DNA of 64,000 nucleotides from an uncultured Chloroflexia bacterium (GCA_963703345.1 OY969814.1:1312001-1376000), one strand, 5' to 3'. Positions 1-14,079 are shown, counted from the first letter of the stretch. Notes: generated by a model from the sequence alone, not told the origin. Program-made: numbers and translations.

Positions 1-41
1 CGGATGGCGCTCTAGCTCTAAACAGAGGCGTTTCTACAACG

Positions 42-548
42 TCATTTAGTCTTTCTTCTCTTCGTATTATTTCGGGTGACATTTTTGTCACCCCTCGCGA
101 AGCTGTCCTCGTACCGCTTGGCCTCCTCCTCGCTCCCGTCCTCGATGTAGAGGATGTTGGTGTGGCCCGGCCGCTCCTCTTTGGTCAAGAGGCCGGCCGC
201 CATTAGCTCGTCGATGTGGCGCTGGATGGTCCGGTCGCTCACCGAGCGGATGGCCGCAAGGTGGTCTACAGACGGGTAGGCGAAGCCCTTGCGTAGCCCC
301 TGGCCGTCCTGCCAGTCAAAGCTGTCGATGACTTGGAAGGTTACCTTGGCGGTGTCCGAAACGTGGGAGTAGCCGAATGGCCTGATGGCGTCACGCCTCC
401 GGTTGGGCATGCTGCCGAATGTTCGCCTGACCAAGCAGACTAGTCTCGTCCCTTGCCAGGCCCTCGCGGCGGCGAGTAGGATGGTGCTGCCATGACCGCC
501 CGGCGCGCCCACAACCTGACAGCGAGGCTGGCCTCCCACTAAGAGCAA
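42..548 (-). CDS. Helix-turn-helix protein of phage/ICE replication-initiator type; start uncertain, possibly truncated
   Basis: AYPSVDHLAAIRSVSDRTIQRHIDELMAAGLL is an HTH_36-like motif followed by a GDKNVT linker typical of initiator proteins; lies in the element flanking tRNA-Pro. Confidence 0.6.
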   Translation of the reverse strand: MLLVGGQPRCQVVGAPGGHGSTILLAAARAWQGTRLVCLVRRTFGSMPNRRRDAIRPFGYSHVSDTAKVTFQVIDSFDWQDGQGLRKGFAYPSVDHLAAIRSVSDRTIQRHIDELMAAGLLTKEERPGHTNILYIEDGSEEEAKRYEDSFARGDKNVTRNNTKRRKTK

Positions 549-592
549 AGTGCGGCCGGCTTCCCTCGATTGGACCGGAAGGAGGCAGAAGA

Positions 593-1027
593 ATGCGTTG
601 CCCTCGATGCAGCGCCGAACTCAGGACCGAAGAGTACAAAGGAATCGAGGTGGATCGATGCCCGGACTGCCAAGGCCTCTGGCTAGACTATACCGAGCTC
701 GACCAGCTCGAGGATGTGGCGCTGGACGAAGATGAAGTCAAGGGAACGTTGATCTACGACCCGCGACCCAGCGATATCTCTTGTCCAAGGTGCGAGGGCC
801 CCATGAGAACGTTTGACTATCGCGCCTGGAATCTGGAACTCGACCTGTGCGAGAAGCAGCATGGCTTCTGGCTTGACCGGGGGGAAGAACTTCGAGTGAT
901 TGAGCTTATGAAGACGAGGATCAAGGACCTAGATCGGAAGGCTTCAGCAGAAACGGAATGGGCAAATCTCCTGCGAAAGGTCAAATCGAAGTCCTTCTTT
1001 GGCAGAGTCAAGACGCTATTCCGGTAG
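593..1027 (+). CDS. Tandem zf-TFIIB-type zinc-ribbon protein
   Basis: Two CPRC...D(R/L)C..xG(L/F)WLD..E repeats; AGGAGG RBS upstream. Confidence 0.8.
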   Translation: MRCPRCSAELRTEEYKGIEVDRCPDCQGLWLDYTELDQLEDVALDEDEVKGTLIYDPRPSDISCPRCEGPMRTFDYRAWNLELDLCEKQHGFWLDRGEELRVIELMKTRIKDLDRKASAETEWANLLRKVKSKSFFGRVKTLFR

Positions 1028-1089
1028 GCCAGGTCCGTGTGCGAGGTCCTCATCGGTACCACCAGCCCCCAGGCGTCAGCGGCGTTCCT

Positions 1090-1379
1090 CGGTACGTCAC
1101 CATGGCTTTGTCCCGGCGTCAGCGCGAAGACATCGAGCGGCAACTCCGCGTTCTGCCAGGGTGTCGTCCGGTCAATCTCGATGATCTGCGGCGTGGGGGT
1201 GAGTTGCTCCGCAATTTCGGCGGGCTCTGGTTGCACCCAGGCGTGAGTCAGGAGGAGCGAGAGGAGTTTGTGGACGAGTTCTTCGAGGAGATTCGGTTCG
1301 ACGAGGTGGGAATTCGAACGGTTCTGCCGCGGGCGGAATACCGCGTCTTGGTGGCGGTAGCCGAATCACGGGGTGGCCA
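1090..1379 (+). pseudogene. C-terminal remnant of a large serine recombinase-like integrase
   Basis: REDIERQL...DLRRGGELLRNFGGLW...EEREEF...EEIRF..GIRTVLP resembles serine recombinase C-termini; frame runs into the tRNA 3' end; catalytic domain absent. Confidence 0.5.
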
Positions 1380-1457
1380 TGGTCGGGGTGGACAGATTCG
1401 AACTGTCGACCTCTTGGTCCCAAACCAAGCGCTCTAACCTGGCTGAGCTACACCCCG
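1380..1457 (-). tRNA. tRNA-Pro(UGG)
   Basis: Reverse complement CGGGGTGTAGCTCAGCCAGGTTAGAGCGCTTGGTTTGGGACCAAGAGGTCGACAGTTCGAATCTGTCCACCCCGACCA folds as a cloverleaf; TGG anticodon; encoded CCA. Confidence 0.97.
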
Positions 1458-1502
1458 ACTCGGGAGCATCCGCATTATAAATCGGCGGAAGGGGCGCGGT
1501 CA

Positions 1503-2450
1503 CTAGGAGAGGCGTGCGGCGCCGATGAGCTCGCGAACGTCCGAGACGGCTGAGTCTGCCAGGAAGCGCTCGATACCTTCGAGAACGTCGATGGGGGCGT
1601 TCGGGTTGGAGAACGTCGCTGTGCCCACCTGCACTGCCGTCGCGCCCGCCATCATGAACTCGATCGCGTCCTCGCCGCTGCGGATGCCGCCACAACCGAC
1701 AATCGGCACGTCGACGGCATCGGCGACCTGGTAGACGGCGCGCAACGCCACCGGCTTGATCGCGGGGCCGGAGAGGCCGCCGAAGACGGTCGACAGCACG
1801 GGACGCCGGGCGTGGATGTCGATTGCCATCGCCTGGAGCGTGTTGATCAGGCAGAGAGCGTCAGCGCCGGCGTCTACGACGGCCTTTGCGATGGCGACGA
1901 CGTCGGTGACGTTCGGCGTGAGCTTCACTATCACCGGCAGCGTCGTGGCGCGGACGACTGCGGCGGTCACGGCGGCCGCCTGCTTCGCATCCTGGCCGAA
2001 GAGCATGCCGCCCACAGCCACGTTCGGGCAACTGATGTTGACTTCGATGCCGCTGACGCCCGGCACACCGTCGAGGCGGGAAGCGAGCGCGCCGAACTCC
2101 TCAACGGTTTCGCCGGCGATGTTGACGATGACCGGGACCCGCCAGGTTGCCCACACGGGCGCGATGTCGCGGATGAGCGCCTCGACGCCGACGTTCTGGA
2201 GGCCGATGGTGTTGAGCATGCCGGAGGGCGTTTCGGCGGTGCGCGGCTGCGGGTTGCCGGCGCGCGGTCGCAGCGTCGTGCCCTTGCTAACGATGGCGCC
2301 GAGTCGGTTGACGTCGAAGATGCGGGCCGCTTCCAGCCCGTTGCTCAGGGTGCCGGACGCGGTCATGACGGGATTGCGCAGTAGCAGTCCCTGCCTGCCT
2401 GCCGGTAGGCGCGGTTTGCGTCGTGGGGCGAGCTCAACGGCGAGGTTCAA
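1503..2450 (-). CDS. pyrD: Dihydroorotate dehydrogenase family 1B, catalytic subunit
   Basis: [20 protein letters not shown] and [10 protein letters not shown] motifs. Confidence 0.95.
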   Translation of the reverse strand: MNLAVELAPRRKPRLPAGRQGLLLRNPVMTASGTLSNGLEAARIFDVNRLGAIVSKGTTLRPRAGNPQPRTAETPSGMLNTIGLQNVGVEALIRDIAPVWATWRVPVIVNIAGETVEEFGALASRLDGVPGVSGIEVNISCPNVAVGGMLFGQDAKQAAAVTAAVVRATTLPVIVKLTPNVTDVVAIAKAVVDAGADALCLINTLQAMAIDIHARRPVLSTVFGGLSGPAIKPVALRAVYQVADAVDVPIVGCGGIRSGEDAIEFMMAGATAVQVGTATFSNPNAPIDVLEGIERFLADSAVSDVRELIGAARLS

Positions 2451-2568
2451 CGCTTCTCCTTTGCAGGCGAGTCGAGCAGATTATATCGGCTGGCGGCGAA
2501 GCGTGTCGAGGCACGAAGAGAGGCGGCCCGACCTGTCGAACCGCCTCTTGTCGCTATGCTGTTGAAGG

Positions 2569-2889
2569 CTAGTAGTCGCCTTCCGTTCCCGGAGCGGACT
2601 CGCCGCCGCCGTCGCTGTCCGGCTTGACCAGTTCGCTGACAGGCTTCTTCCAGCCGGCTTGCGGCAGTGCGTCCGCGGAGTCACCCTCATAGATGAAATC
2701 AGACACGTAGTTGGCGAACACGCGACGCGCGCCGCAGATCTTGCAGGAAGCTGCGCTTACGCTGCCGGCTGGGCTATCGATAAGCCAGTGGTGGACACAG
2801 TCGGGATCACCGCCGATTATTTGCGGCGGTTCTCTCGTTACCGGCTCGGATTGGTGGAATCTGTCCCTAGTTGCGGTTCCTCGTCTCAT
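2569..2889 (-). CDS. Small hypothetical zinc-ribbon-like protein
   Basis: CVHHWLI...CKICG motif; GGAGG RBS before ATG 2889; TTGACA-N18-TATTCT promoter upstream. Confidence 0.65.
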   Translation of the reverse strand: MRRGTATRDRFHQSEPVTREPPQIIGGDPDCVHHWLIDSPAGSVSAASCKICGARRVFANYVSDFIYEGDSADALPQAGWKKPVSELVKPDSDGGGESAPGTEGDY

Positions 2890-3048
2890 TGCCTTCACCT
2901 CCTCAGGCATCATGGTAGAATAGCATCGCTTTGACGGCCTTGTCAAGCAATGGAGCGAAAAAACTGTACCAAGTGTGTTAACTCGGTGTTAAATGAAAAT
3001 GACGGCAAGGGCTATAATTAGCACACATTCTCCGCGAAAGGCAAACTC

Positions 3049-4122
3049 ATGACTGAAGAGCAACCGACCGAGCAGGCGATTATCGACGCGCTGCGGCAGG
3101 TGAAGGACCCGGAGCTGAACCGCGATCTCGTGTCGCTCAACATGGTGCACGACGTCGAGGTGAAGGACGGGGACGTATCGCTGCGGATCGTCCTTACGAC
3201 GCCGGCCTGCCCCCTGCGCGACGCCATCGAGGCGGACGTGCGAGAGGCGCTGAAGGCGGTGCCAGGCGTCAAGTCGGTCACGGTGGCGATGGACGCCGAT
3301 GTGCGCGCCTTCGCCGGAAGGGGCGGCCCGCAGGCGATACCGGGCGTGCGCAACGTGATCGCCGTCGCCAGCAACAAGGGCGGTGTCGGGAAGACGACGG
3401 TCGCCGTGAACCTGGCGGTCGCGCTGGCGAAGGCGGGGGCCCGCGTCGGCCTGCTGGACGCCGACGTCACAGGCCCGAACGTGCCGCTGATGATGGGGCT
3501 GCCTTCGGGATTCCTCAGCGAGTCCGGCCAGCCGCTCGTCCCAATCGACCGCTATGGCGTGAAGGTGTGCTCGCTAGGCTTCATCCTGCCGAAGGCGTCG
3601 GCGGTGATCTGGCGGGGGCCGCTGATCGACAAGGCGCTGCGGGAGCTGCTGCACGAGCTCGATTGGGGGGAGCTGGACTACTTGCTGGTCGACCTGCCGC
3701 CGGGAACGAGCGACGCGTCGCTGGGCGTGGCGCAGGCGGTGCCGCTTGCGGGCGTGGTTATCGTCACGACGCCGCAGGAGGTGTCGCTGGAGGACGCGAG
3801 CAAGGCGGTGACGATGTTCAGCCGCGTCGACGTGCCGATCCTCGGGGTCATCGAGAACATGAGCTACTTCGTCTGCGCGCACTGCGGCGAGCGCACGGAC
3901 ATCTTCGGGCACGGGGGCGGCCGGACGATAGCCGACGACCTGGGGCTGGAGTTCCTGGGGGAGATACCGATCGACCTGGAGACGCGGACGGCGGCCGACG
4001 GTGGCCTGCCGATTGTCGACTCGGCGCCCGATTCGCCGGCGGCGAAGGTGTTCACGGATCTGGCGGAGAAGGTTGCCGCGCGCTGCGCCGTCGCGCAATA
4101 CGCGGAGGAGTCGAAGAGCTAG
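3049..4122 (+). CDS. mrp: Mrp/ApbC iron-sulfur cluster carrier ATPase with N-terminal DUF59 domain
   Basis: DPEL...LTTPACP, KGGVGKTT, DLPPGT, ENMS..CxxC. Confidence 0.95.
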   Translation: MTEEQPTEQAIIDALRQVKDPELNRDLVSLNMVHDVEVKDGDVSLRIVLTTPACPLRDAIEADVREALKAVPGVKSVTVAMDADVRAFAGRGGPQAIPGVRNVIAVASNKGGVGKTTVAVNLAVALAKAGARVGLLDADVTGPNVPLMMGLPSGFLSESGQPLVPIDRYGVKVCSLGFILPKASAVIWRGPLIDKALRELLHELDWGELDYLLVDLPPGTSDASLGVAQAVPLAGVVIVTTPQEVSLEDASKAVTMFSRVDVPILGVIENMSYFVCAHCGERTDIFGHGGGRTIADDLGLEFLGEIPIDLETRTAADGGLPIVDSAPDSPAAKVFTDLAEKVAARCAVAQYAEESKS

Positions 4123-4892
4123 GCGTTCTCGGTGGCCTCCAACCGTCGTCTCGCGGCTTCGACGTACTGCGATTCGCTCTCAACGAGCAGCCAGCGACGG
4201 CCGTGCTTCTGCGCCGCGACGGCAAGCGTGCCCGTGCCGCCGAACGGGTCGAGCAGCAGCTCATCGGATCGCGTCGCGACGAGGACGAGCCGTTCGACCA
4301 GCGCCAGCGGCTTCTGGGAGGGATGCCCCCCGTTCCGGCGCTCGCTCTTCGGCGTCACCGCGAACTCCCACAGGTTGCGCATCTGACGGCCGCCGGCCAT
4401 CTCCTTCGCGTCCCAGTAGTTGAACGTCCACTTCTTGGCCCGCGCGGGCGTCTCGTTCACGGCCCAGATGATCTGCTCCGTGCTCTCGGTCAGCGTGCGC
4501 GCGGTTATGTTGGGCTGGGCGTTCGGTTTGAACCAGACGATAGAGTTGAGGATGCGCCGGTTGAGGACGCTCTGGAGGATGAATCCGAGCTGGTAGATGT
4601 TGTGGAACGTGCCGAAAAGGAGGATGTTGCCGTTCGGCTTGACGACGCGACACACTTCCGACAGCCAGCGGACGTTGAACTGAAAGAATTCGTCGTGGCT
4701 GAAGCGGTCCCACGTCTCCTGCATCGTGACGTGCGACGAGAACGCCCAGCCGAGCCCGCGCTTGCCGCGTCGCCCGCTGCCGGAGGCGATACCGAACGGC
4801 GGGTCGGCGATGCAGTGGTCGACGCAGGCGTCCGGCCACGCCGTCATGACGTCGAGGCAGTCGCCTTCAATGATTGTGTTGGGTTGCGGCAT
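4119..4892 (-). CDS. Beta-class N6-adenine/N4-cytosine DNA methyltransferase, no cognate nuclease nearby
   Basis: DPPF motif IV before HPSQKP and DPFGGTGT motif I. Confidence 0.9.
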   Translation of the reverse strand: MPQPNTIIEGDCLDVMTAWPDACVDHCIADPPFGIASGSGRRGKRGLGWAFSSHVTMQETWDRFSHDEFFQFNVRWLSEVCRVVKPNGNILLFGTFHNIYQLGFILQSVLNRRILNSIVWFKPNAQPNITARTLTESTEQIIWAVNETPARAKKWTFNYWDAKEMAGGRQMRNLWEFAVTPKSERRNGGHPSQKPLALVERLVLVATRSDELLLDPFGGTGTLAVAAQKHGRRWLLVESESQYVEAARRRLEATENA

Positions 4893-4957
4893 GCCGATAA
4901 TGTTAGCGATTCTGAGCCCTCAGAATTGTCTTCGCGCCAGCGCACGGATGTGCGTCC

Positions 4958-5113
4958 CTACTCGGTCTCCTGCTTCTGGCGGGCGAGCTCCCGCTGGTAC
5001 GCTTTCCACGTCGGGCAGACCTTCGTGTGCCAGCGCCAGATACGCGCCATGAACGTCTTCGGGTTCTCCTCCGAACGCTTCCGCCAGGGACAGTCCGCGC
5101 ACTTCGATGCCAT
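4958..5113 (-). CDS. 51-aa Cys/Trp-rich hypothetical protein
   Basis: GGAGG RBS and ATG at 5113; MASKCADCPW...WRWHTKVCPTWKAY. Confidence 0.7.
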   Translation of the reverse strand: MASKCADCPWRKRSEENPKTFMARIWRWHTKVCPTWKAYQRELARQKQETE

Positions 5114-5124
5114 GATAACCTCCC

Positions 5125-5897
5125 TCAGAAAACGTCGAGCAGGCCGAAGCGTGGGCCGTCGTGGCAGACTTGCCTGACGCCGCGTCGCGTCTCGACCGCG
5201 CAGCCGTAGCACAGGCCCGTCCCGCAGGCCATCGGCGTCTCCAGCAGCACCTGCACCGGCAGCCTGCCCGTCCGGGTGCGACTGCTCGTTCGGCGTGCCA
5301 CCTCGGCCATCGACTCGTACATCGCGTGCGGGCCGCAGGCGAACGCCTGGTCCGCCCATGGCAGACGCTCCTCGAAGAGACGCGTCGCCAGGCCGGTGTG
5401 GCCCGCAGAGCCGTCCTCAGTCACGACAACAACCTCGACTTGCGGCGGCAGCAGGCTCGACGGTGGCAGCAGAGCGGCGGTGCGGGCGCCGATGATGAAC
5501 GTCACGTTCTTCCCCTTCGCGACCGCCTCCTCCGCCAGCCAGACGAGCGGTGCGACGCCCATGCCGCCGGCGACGAGCAGGAGGTTCTGCGCACCGGGCC
5601 GGACGCTGAAGCCGCGTCCCAGCGGGCCCCACAGGAGCAGTTCCGTATCCGCCGGCTTCTGCGACAGCATGGTCGTCACGCGGCCGCGCGCCTCGTAGAG
5701 AATGCCGACCTCGCCGCCGGGCCGGACGCGATGATAGCTCATCGGGCGCGGCAACAACGGGTCGCTGCCGGCGTCGAGTCGCAGCATCAGGAAGCGGCCG
5801 GGCGAGGCGCCGGGGACAAGCGACGGCGCATCGAACCACGTTAGATACGTCGAGCCGAAGACGCGCTCGGTGCTCACGATACGGCCCTTCGCGACCT

Positions 5898-5901
<4 letters not shown>
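5125..5901 (-). CDS. pyrK: Dihydroorotate dehydrogenase electron-transfer subunit
   Basis: RPMS, GPLGRGF, AGGMG, MACGTGLCYGC...VCHDGP [2Fe-2S] motif. Confidence 0.93.
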
Positions 5902-9250
<3,349 letters not shown>

Positions 9251-9274
9251 CTTCTCTCCGATGATTTCGCGACA

Positions 9275-9840
9275 TTAGCGTTTCTTCTGATCTCGTTCTT
9301 GCGGCTTCGGCGGCGATGTCGTCCGCAACGCATAGCCCAGCGTGTAGCCCGCGCCGAAGACCGTCGCCACGGTGAGCAAGGCGCCGAGGTACGCCGGCAG
9401 CGGCGTCAGGAGGACCAGCGCCGCCAGCAGGGCGCAGCCGGCAAGCCCGACCGTCCAGGCGATGACGTGGCTGGGCCACTCCAGGAACCAGTCGCCGGCG
9501 AAGGGCACGCCGATGAAGCCCGCCGCGAATCCGAAGGCGCCGGCGATGGCAGCACAGGCGAGCGCAATTACGAAGAAGACCGCCGCGTGCAAAAACCTCC
9601 CTGCGCCAGGAGCACCAGCGCGCCGACGACGGCGATGACGATGAGCAGGGCCGCCGCCTCGAACCCGAACGTGCTAAGCGTGAGGACGCCGTAGGAGAAG
9701 CGCGTCTCCACGTGCCCGCCGACGCGTCGGACGAGGGGGCGACGGCGGCGTCGACGGGGCCAGCGCTCGTCGGCGTCGTCCGTGTCGTCGGGCTCGACCG
9801 TTTCGGGCTGCTCGTCTCTGTCCGTCTGCGTCTCCTTCAT
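9275..9840 (-). CDS. Hypothetical membrane protein(s): two overlapping ORFs or one frameshifted gene
   Basis: Hydrophobic helices in 9568-9840 and 9275-9592; junction GGAGGTTTTTG. Confidence 0.5.
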
Positions 9841-9847
9841 TACAGTC

Positions 9848-10975
9848 TCAAGCGTTCAGCCGCCACGCATCGAGAGGGCCGCCTTCGCTCTTTCGCTCGG
9901 CAACGAGCTCCAGGAAGCGGTCGAAGAAGTAGGTGTTGTCCAGCGGGCCCGGCGACGCCTCGGAGTGGTATTGAATTGACATAATGCCAAGCTCCTCATG
10001 CCGCAGTCCCTCGACGGTGCCGTCGTTAAGGTTGGAGTGGCTCACTTCCATGCCGCCGTGCAGCCCGTCGGGGTCGACGGCGTAGCCATGGTTCTGCGCC
10101 GTGATATAGACGCGCCCGGTCGTCAGGTCGCGCACGGGGTGGTTGGCGCCGCGGTGGCCGAACTTCAGCTTGAAAGTCGATGCGCCAAACGACGTGCCCA
10201 GCGTCTGGTGCCCCAGGCAGATGCCCAGTATCGGCGTCCTGCCGATGAGCCCCTTCAGCGTCTCGACGACGTAGCCGAGATGCGCCGGATCGCCCGGCCC
10301 CGGCGACAGGACGACGCCGTCCGGCCGCAGCGCCAGCACGTCTTCGGCGCTCGTCAGGCACGGAACGGCGGTGACGTGCGCGCCGCGACGGCTGAGCAGA
10401 CGCATGATGTTGTACTTCACCCCCAGGTCGACGAGGACGATGTGGCTCTTCGCCGCCGTCGCGCTGTCCGGCCACTCGTAGGCGCAGTCGGTGCTCACGT
10501 TGCGCACGAAGTCGATCTCGCCGTAGCGCGGCGACTCGCGCAGACGCGCCAGCGCCTCGTCGCAGTCCTCGCCGCGCGTTATCATCCCCATCATCACGCC
10601 GGACATGCGCAGTCGACGCGTGAGGGCGCGGGTGTCGACGCCGGAGAGGCCGGGAATGCCGTTTCGCGCCAGGTAGTCGTGCAGGGTCATCTCCGACTGC
10701 CAGTGGCTTGGCAGGTCGCAGTGCTCGCGCACGACCATGCCGGTGACCTGGATGCGGTTCGACTCGACGTCGAAGCGGTTGATGCCGTAGTTGCCGGCGA
10801 GGGGGTAGGTCATGACCAGTATCTGGCCGGCGAACGAGGGGTCGGTGAGCGCTTCCTGGTAGCCGGTCATACTTGTCGAGAAGACGACCTCGCCGCCGGC
10901 GCCGTTCTCCGCGCCGAACGCCTCGCCCTCGTAGGTCGAGCCGTCCTCCAGGACCAGGTGGGCCTTATCTGCCAT
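9848..10975 (-). CDS. carA: Carbamoyl-phosphate synthase small subunit
   Basis: GEVVFSTSMTGYQE, GICLGHQ, QYHSEASPGP. Confidence 0.96.
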   Translation of the reverse strand: MADKAHLVLEDGSTYEGEAFGAENGAGGEVVFSTSMTGYQEALTDPSFAGQILVMTYPLAGNYGINRFDVESNRIQVTGMVVREHCDLPSHWQSEMTLHDYLARNGIPGLSGVDTRALTRRLRMSGVMMGMITRGEDCDEALARLRESPRYGEIDFVRNVSTDCAYEWPDSATAAKSHIVLVDLGVKYNIMRLLSRRGAHVTAVPCLTSAEDVLALRPDGVVLSPGPGDPAHLGYVVETLKGLIGRTPILGICLGHQTLGTSFGASTFKLKFGHRGANHPVRDLTTGRVYITAQNHGYAVDPDGLHGGMEVSHSNLNDGTVEGLRHEELGIMSIQYHSEASPGPLDNTYFFDRFLELVAERKSEGGPLDAWRLNA

Positions 10976-12338
10976 CAGACCTCCGCCCAATCTTTTGAGA
11001 ACACCGCGCGGCCGCCGAAGATTGTCGCGACGATCTGGCCCTTCAGCACGCGGCCGGCCAGCGGCGTGTTCCGCCCCTTGCTCGCGAAACGCTCTGGGTC
11101 GACGGTCCATTCCGCGTCCGGGTCGAACACGAGCACGTCGCCGGGCGCGCCGACGGCCAGGCTGCCGAGGCCGGCGAGACCCCTTGCCCGTCCGGGTCGA
11201 TGCGCTCCAGCCCGAACGCTGCCACCGGGCCCGCCGTCAGCCGATGCAGCAGGGTCGGCAGGTCGATCTTGCCCTCGTGCACCAGCGACAGCGCGAGCGC
11301 CAGCGCGGTCTCGAAGCCGATGATGCCGGACGGCGCGTCGTCGAACTCGCAGAGCTTGTCGACGGGCGCGTGCGGCGCGTGGTCGGTCGCGATGGCGTCG
11401 ATCGTCCCGTCGCGCAGCCCCTCGACGCAGGCGGCGACGTCGTCCGCGGTGCGCAGCGGCGGCGCAACCTTAGCGTTGGTGTCATAGGCCAGCCCGTCGG
11501 GCAGGGACGAACTCGACATAACGAGCTCATGCGTCAGCGTCAGGTGGTGCGGCGTCACCTCCGCCGTGACGTGCACACCGCGCGCCTTCGCCTGCCGGAC
11601 GAGTTCGACGCTGCCGGTCGTGCTGACGTGGGCGATGTGGACGTGGGCGCCGGTAAGCTCCGCCAGGGCGATGTCGCGCGCCACCATCGACTCTTCCGCC
11701 GCCGCCGGCTCGCCGCGCAGCCCCAGTCGCGCCGCCACCCAGCCCTCGTGCATGACGCCGTTGTGCGCCAGCGCAGGGTCCTGGCAGTGGTCGGAGACGG
11801 GCAGCCCGAGTGCGCGGCTGTATTCGAGCGCCCGGCGCATCAGCTCCGCGTTGGCGACGGGCGAGCCATCGTCGCTGAAGGCGACAACGCCGGCTTCCGC
11901 CAGGTCGCCCAGCTCCGCCAGCTCCTCGCCGTGGCGCCCTTTGCTCACGCAGCCGATCGGCAGCACGCGCGCCGATGCCGTTGCCGCCGCTGTGCGCTGG
12001 ATGTACTCGACCGTCGCGCGGGAGTCGATGGGCGGCTGAGTGTTGGGCATGCAGGAGACGGTCGTGAAGCCGCCGCGCGCCGCCGCCCTCGTACCAGTCT
12101 CGATCGTTTCCTTGTACTCGAAGCCGGGGTCGCGCAGATGGCAGTGGATGTCAACGAGGCCGGGGCAGACGACAAAACCCTTCGCATCGATAACCTGCGC
12201 TCCTTGTCCGTCGATGCGCTCACCGACGGCGGCGATGCGGCCATCCTTGATCAGCACGTCGCCGACGATGTCGACGCCGCGGCCCGGGTCCAGGATGCGC
12301 CCGCCGCGAATCAGGATTGACCGGCTCTCTTCGCTCAT
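10975..12338 (-). CDS. pyrC: Dihydroorotase with frameshift near 11185
   Basis: [24 protein letters not shown]; C-terminal [10 protein letters not shown] lies in another frame and ends TGA overlapping carA ATG. Confidence 0.92.
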
Positions 12339-13393
12339 CCGCGTCCTCGCGATACGAGGTAGAGGAGCGCCATGCGCACTGCCACGCCGTTGGCGACCTG
12401 CTCCTCGATGACCGACTGCGCGCCGTGCGCCACGTCCAGCGATATCTCGACGCCTTCGTTAACGGGCCCGGGGTGCAGGACCAGCGCGCCGGGCTTCGCC
12501 GTCGCTAAACGGCGGGCCGTCACCTGGTAGAGGTTGCAGTACTCGCGGATCGTCGGGATGAGGCCGCTTTGCATGCGCTCGAGCTGGAGGCGCAGCGTCA
12601 TCACCACGTCGGCGTCTTTGATGGCGCGGTCGACGTTCGTCTCGATTTCGACGGCGGGCAACGACGGCCGGTCGCCGATCGACTCGCTGCCGCGCGGCCC
12701 TTCGAGACCGACCGGAAGGAGCGTCGGCGGGCCGCAGACGACCACATGCGCGCCCATCGTCGTCAGGGACCAGAGGTTGGAGCGCGCGACGCGGCTGTGC
12801 GTGATGTCGCCGATGATGACGATCTTGCGCCCGCGCACGTCGCCGATGTGGGAGCGAATGGTGAACAGGTCGAGCAGCGCCTGCGAGGGGTGGGCGTGCC
12901 AGCCGTCGCCGGCGTTGATGACGGACGCCCGCGTGTGCCGCGAGGCCAGGTAAGGCGCGCCGGAGCGGGAGTGGCGCATAACCAGCATGTCGGCGCCCAC
13001 GGCCTGTAGCGTCAGCACGGTGTCGACAATCGACTCGCCTTTCTGGACGCTGCTGCCGATGGAGGTGATGTTGATAACATCCGCGCCCAGCGCCTTGCCC
13101 GCCAGCTCGAAGGAGGAGCGAGTGCGGGTGCTGGCCTCGTAGAAGACCGTGATTATCGTCGTGCCCCGTAGGGTCGGGATGCGCGGGATCGGGCGGGCGA
13201 GCACCTCCTTCATGACGCCGGCGGTGTCCATTACCAGCTCGATCTCGTCCTTCGAGAAGTCGTCGAGGTCGAGGACGTGGCGGTGGCGCCAGGTATCGGG
13301 TGCTGGCGGCGTAAGGATCGGTGGCGGCTCCTGGACGAGCACGGCGGCGCCCCCATTCGCCTCTCTTCTACCGGTTTCTCTTGCCATGGTCAC
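12335..13393 (-). CDS. pyrB: Aspartate carbamoyltransferase catalytic subunit
   Basis: [32 protein letters not shown]. Confidence 0.96.
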   Translation of the reverse strand: MTMARETGRREANGGAAVLVQEPPPILTPPAPDTWRHRHVLDLDDFSKDEIELVMDTAGVMKEVLARPIPRIPTLRGTTIITVFYEASTRTRSSFELAGKALGADVINITSIGSSVQKGESIVDTVLTLQAVGADMLVMRHSRSGAPYLASRHTRASVINAGDGWHAHPSQALLDLFTIRSHIGDVRGRKIVIIGDITHSRVARSNLWSLTTMGAHVVVCGPPTLLPVGLEGPRGSESIGDRPSLPAVEIETNVDRAIKDADVVMTLRLQLERMQSGLIPTIREYCNLYQVTARRLATAKPGALVLHPGPVNEGVEISLDVAHGAQSVIEEQVANGVAVRMALLYLVSRGRG

Positions 13394-13932
13394 CTTCCCT
13401 CCGCGGCGATGAGCACTACGCCATCGCCGCCGTCTGTCTCCGCGAGACGCACCTGGACGTCGTCGCGACGGGAGGTCGGTATGTTCTTGCCGACGTAGTC
13501 AGCGCGGATCGGCAGCTCGCGGTGGCCGCGGTCGACGAGGACGGCGAGCTGGATGCGCTGCGGACGGCCGTAGTCGATGAGGGCGTCGAGGGCGGCCCGG
13601 ATGCTGCGCCCGGTGTAGAGGACGTCGTCGACGAGGATGAGCCGCTTGCCGTCGATGTCCGTCGGTATGTCGCTGGGCTTGATCTCGATGTCGAGGCCGA
13701 CGTGCGGCAGGTCGTCGCGGTAGAGGCCGATATCGAGCGAGCCGACGGGCACCGTCTCGCCCTCGAACTCGGCGATGCCGCGGGCGATGCGCTCGGCGAG
13801 GGGGACGCCGCGCGTCTGCATGCCGATGAAGACGAGGTCTTCGCAGCCGCGGTTGTTCTCCACGATCTCGTGGGCGATGCGCATGACGGCGCGTCGCACG
13901 TCGTCGGGGGACATGATTACCGTTTCGGTCAT
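13390..13932 (-). CDS. pyrR: PyrR attenuation regulator / uracil phosphoribosyltransferase
   Basis: [37 protein letters not shown]. Confidence 0.97.
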   Translation of the reverse strand: MTETVIMSPDDVRRAVMRIAHEIVENNRGCEDLVFIGMQTRGVPLAERIARGIAEFEGETVPVGSLDIGLYRDDLPHVGLDIEIKPSDIPTDIDGKRLILVDDVLYTGRSIRAALDALIDYGRPQRIQLAVLVDRGHRELPIRADYVGKNIPTSRRDDVQVRLAETDGGDGVVLIAAEGR

Positions 13933-14060
13933 AAAAAAGCCTCCCGCCGGACCGGCCGACGAGAGGTCCTCCGCGCGAAAGCTCTCAGGCTCAGCTTGCC
14001 CGCCTGAGCGTGCATTCGCAAACCCCTTCCCGGCCTCGCCGGACCGGACTTAAAGGTTTG
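13933..14060 (-). promoter_or_regulatory. PyrR-binding attenuator leader with intrinsic terminator
   Basis: CCTTTAAGTCCGGTCCGGCGAGGCCGGGAAGG matches the PyrR binding loop; hairpin plus TTTTTT directly before the pyrR ATG. Confidence 0.85.
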
Positions 14061-14079
14061 ACTGTCGATTCCCGTCCAG

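Noticed and set aside
4119-4892. Restriction-modification or other defence system
   Set aside because: No endonuclease, specificity subunit or other defence gene nearby
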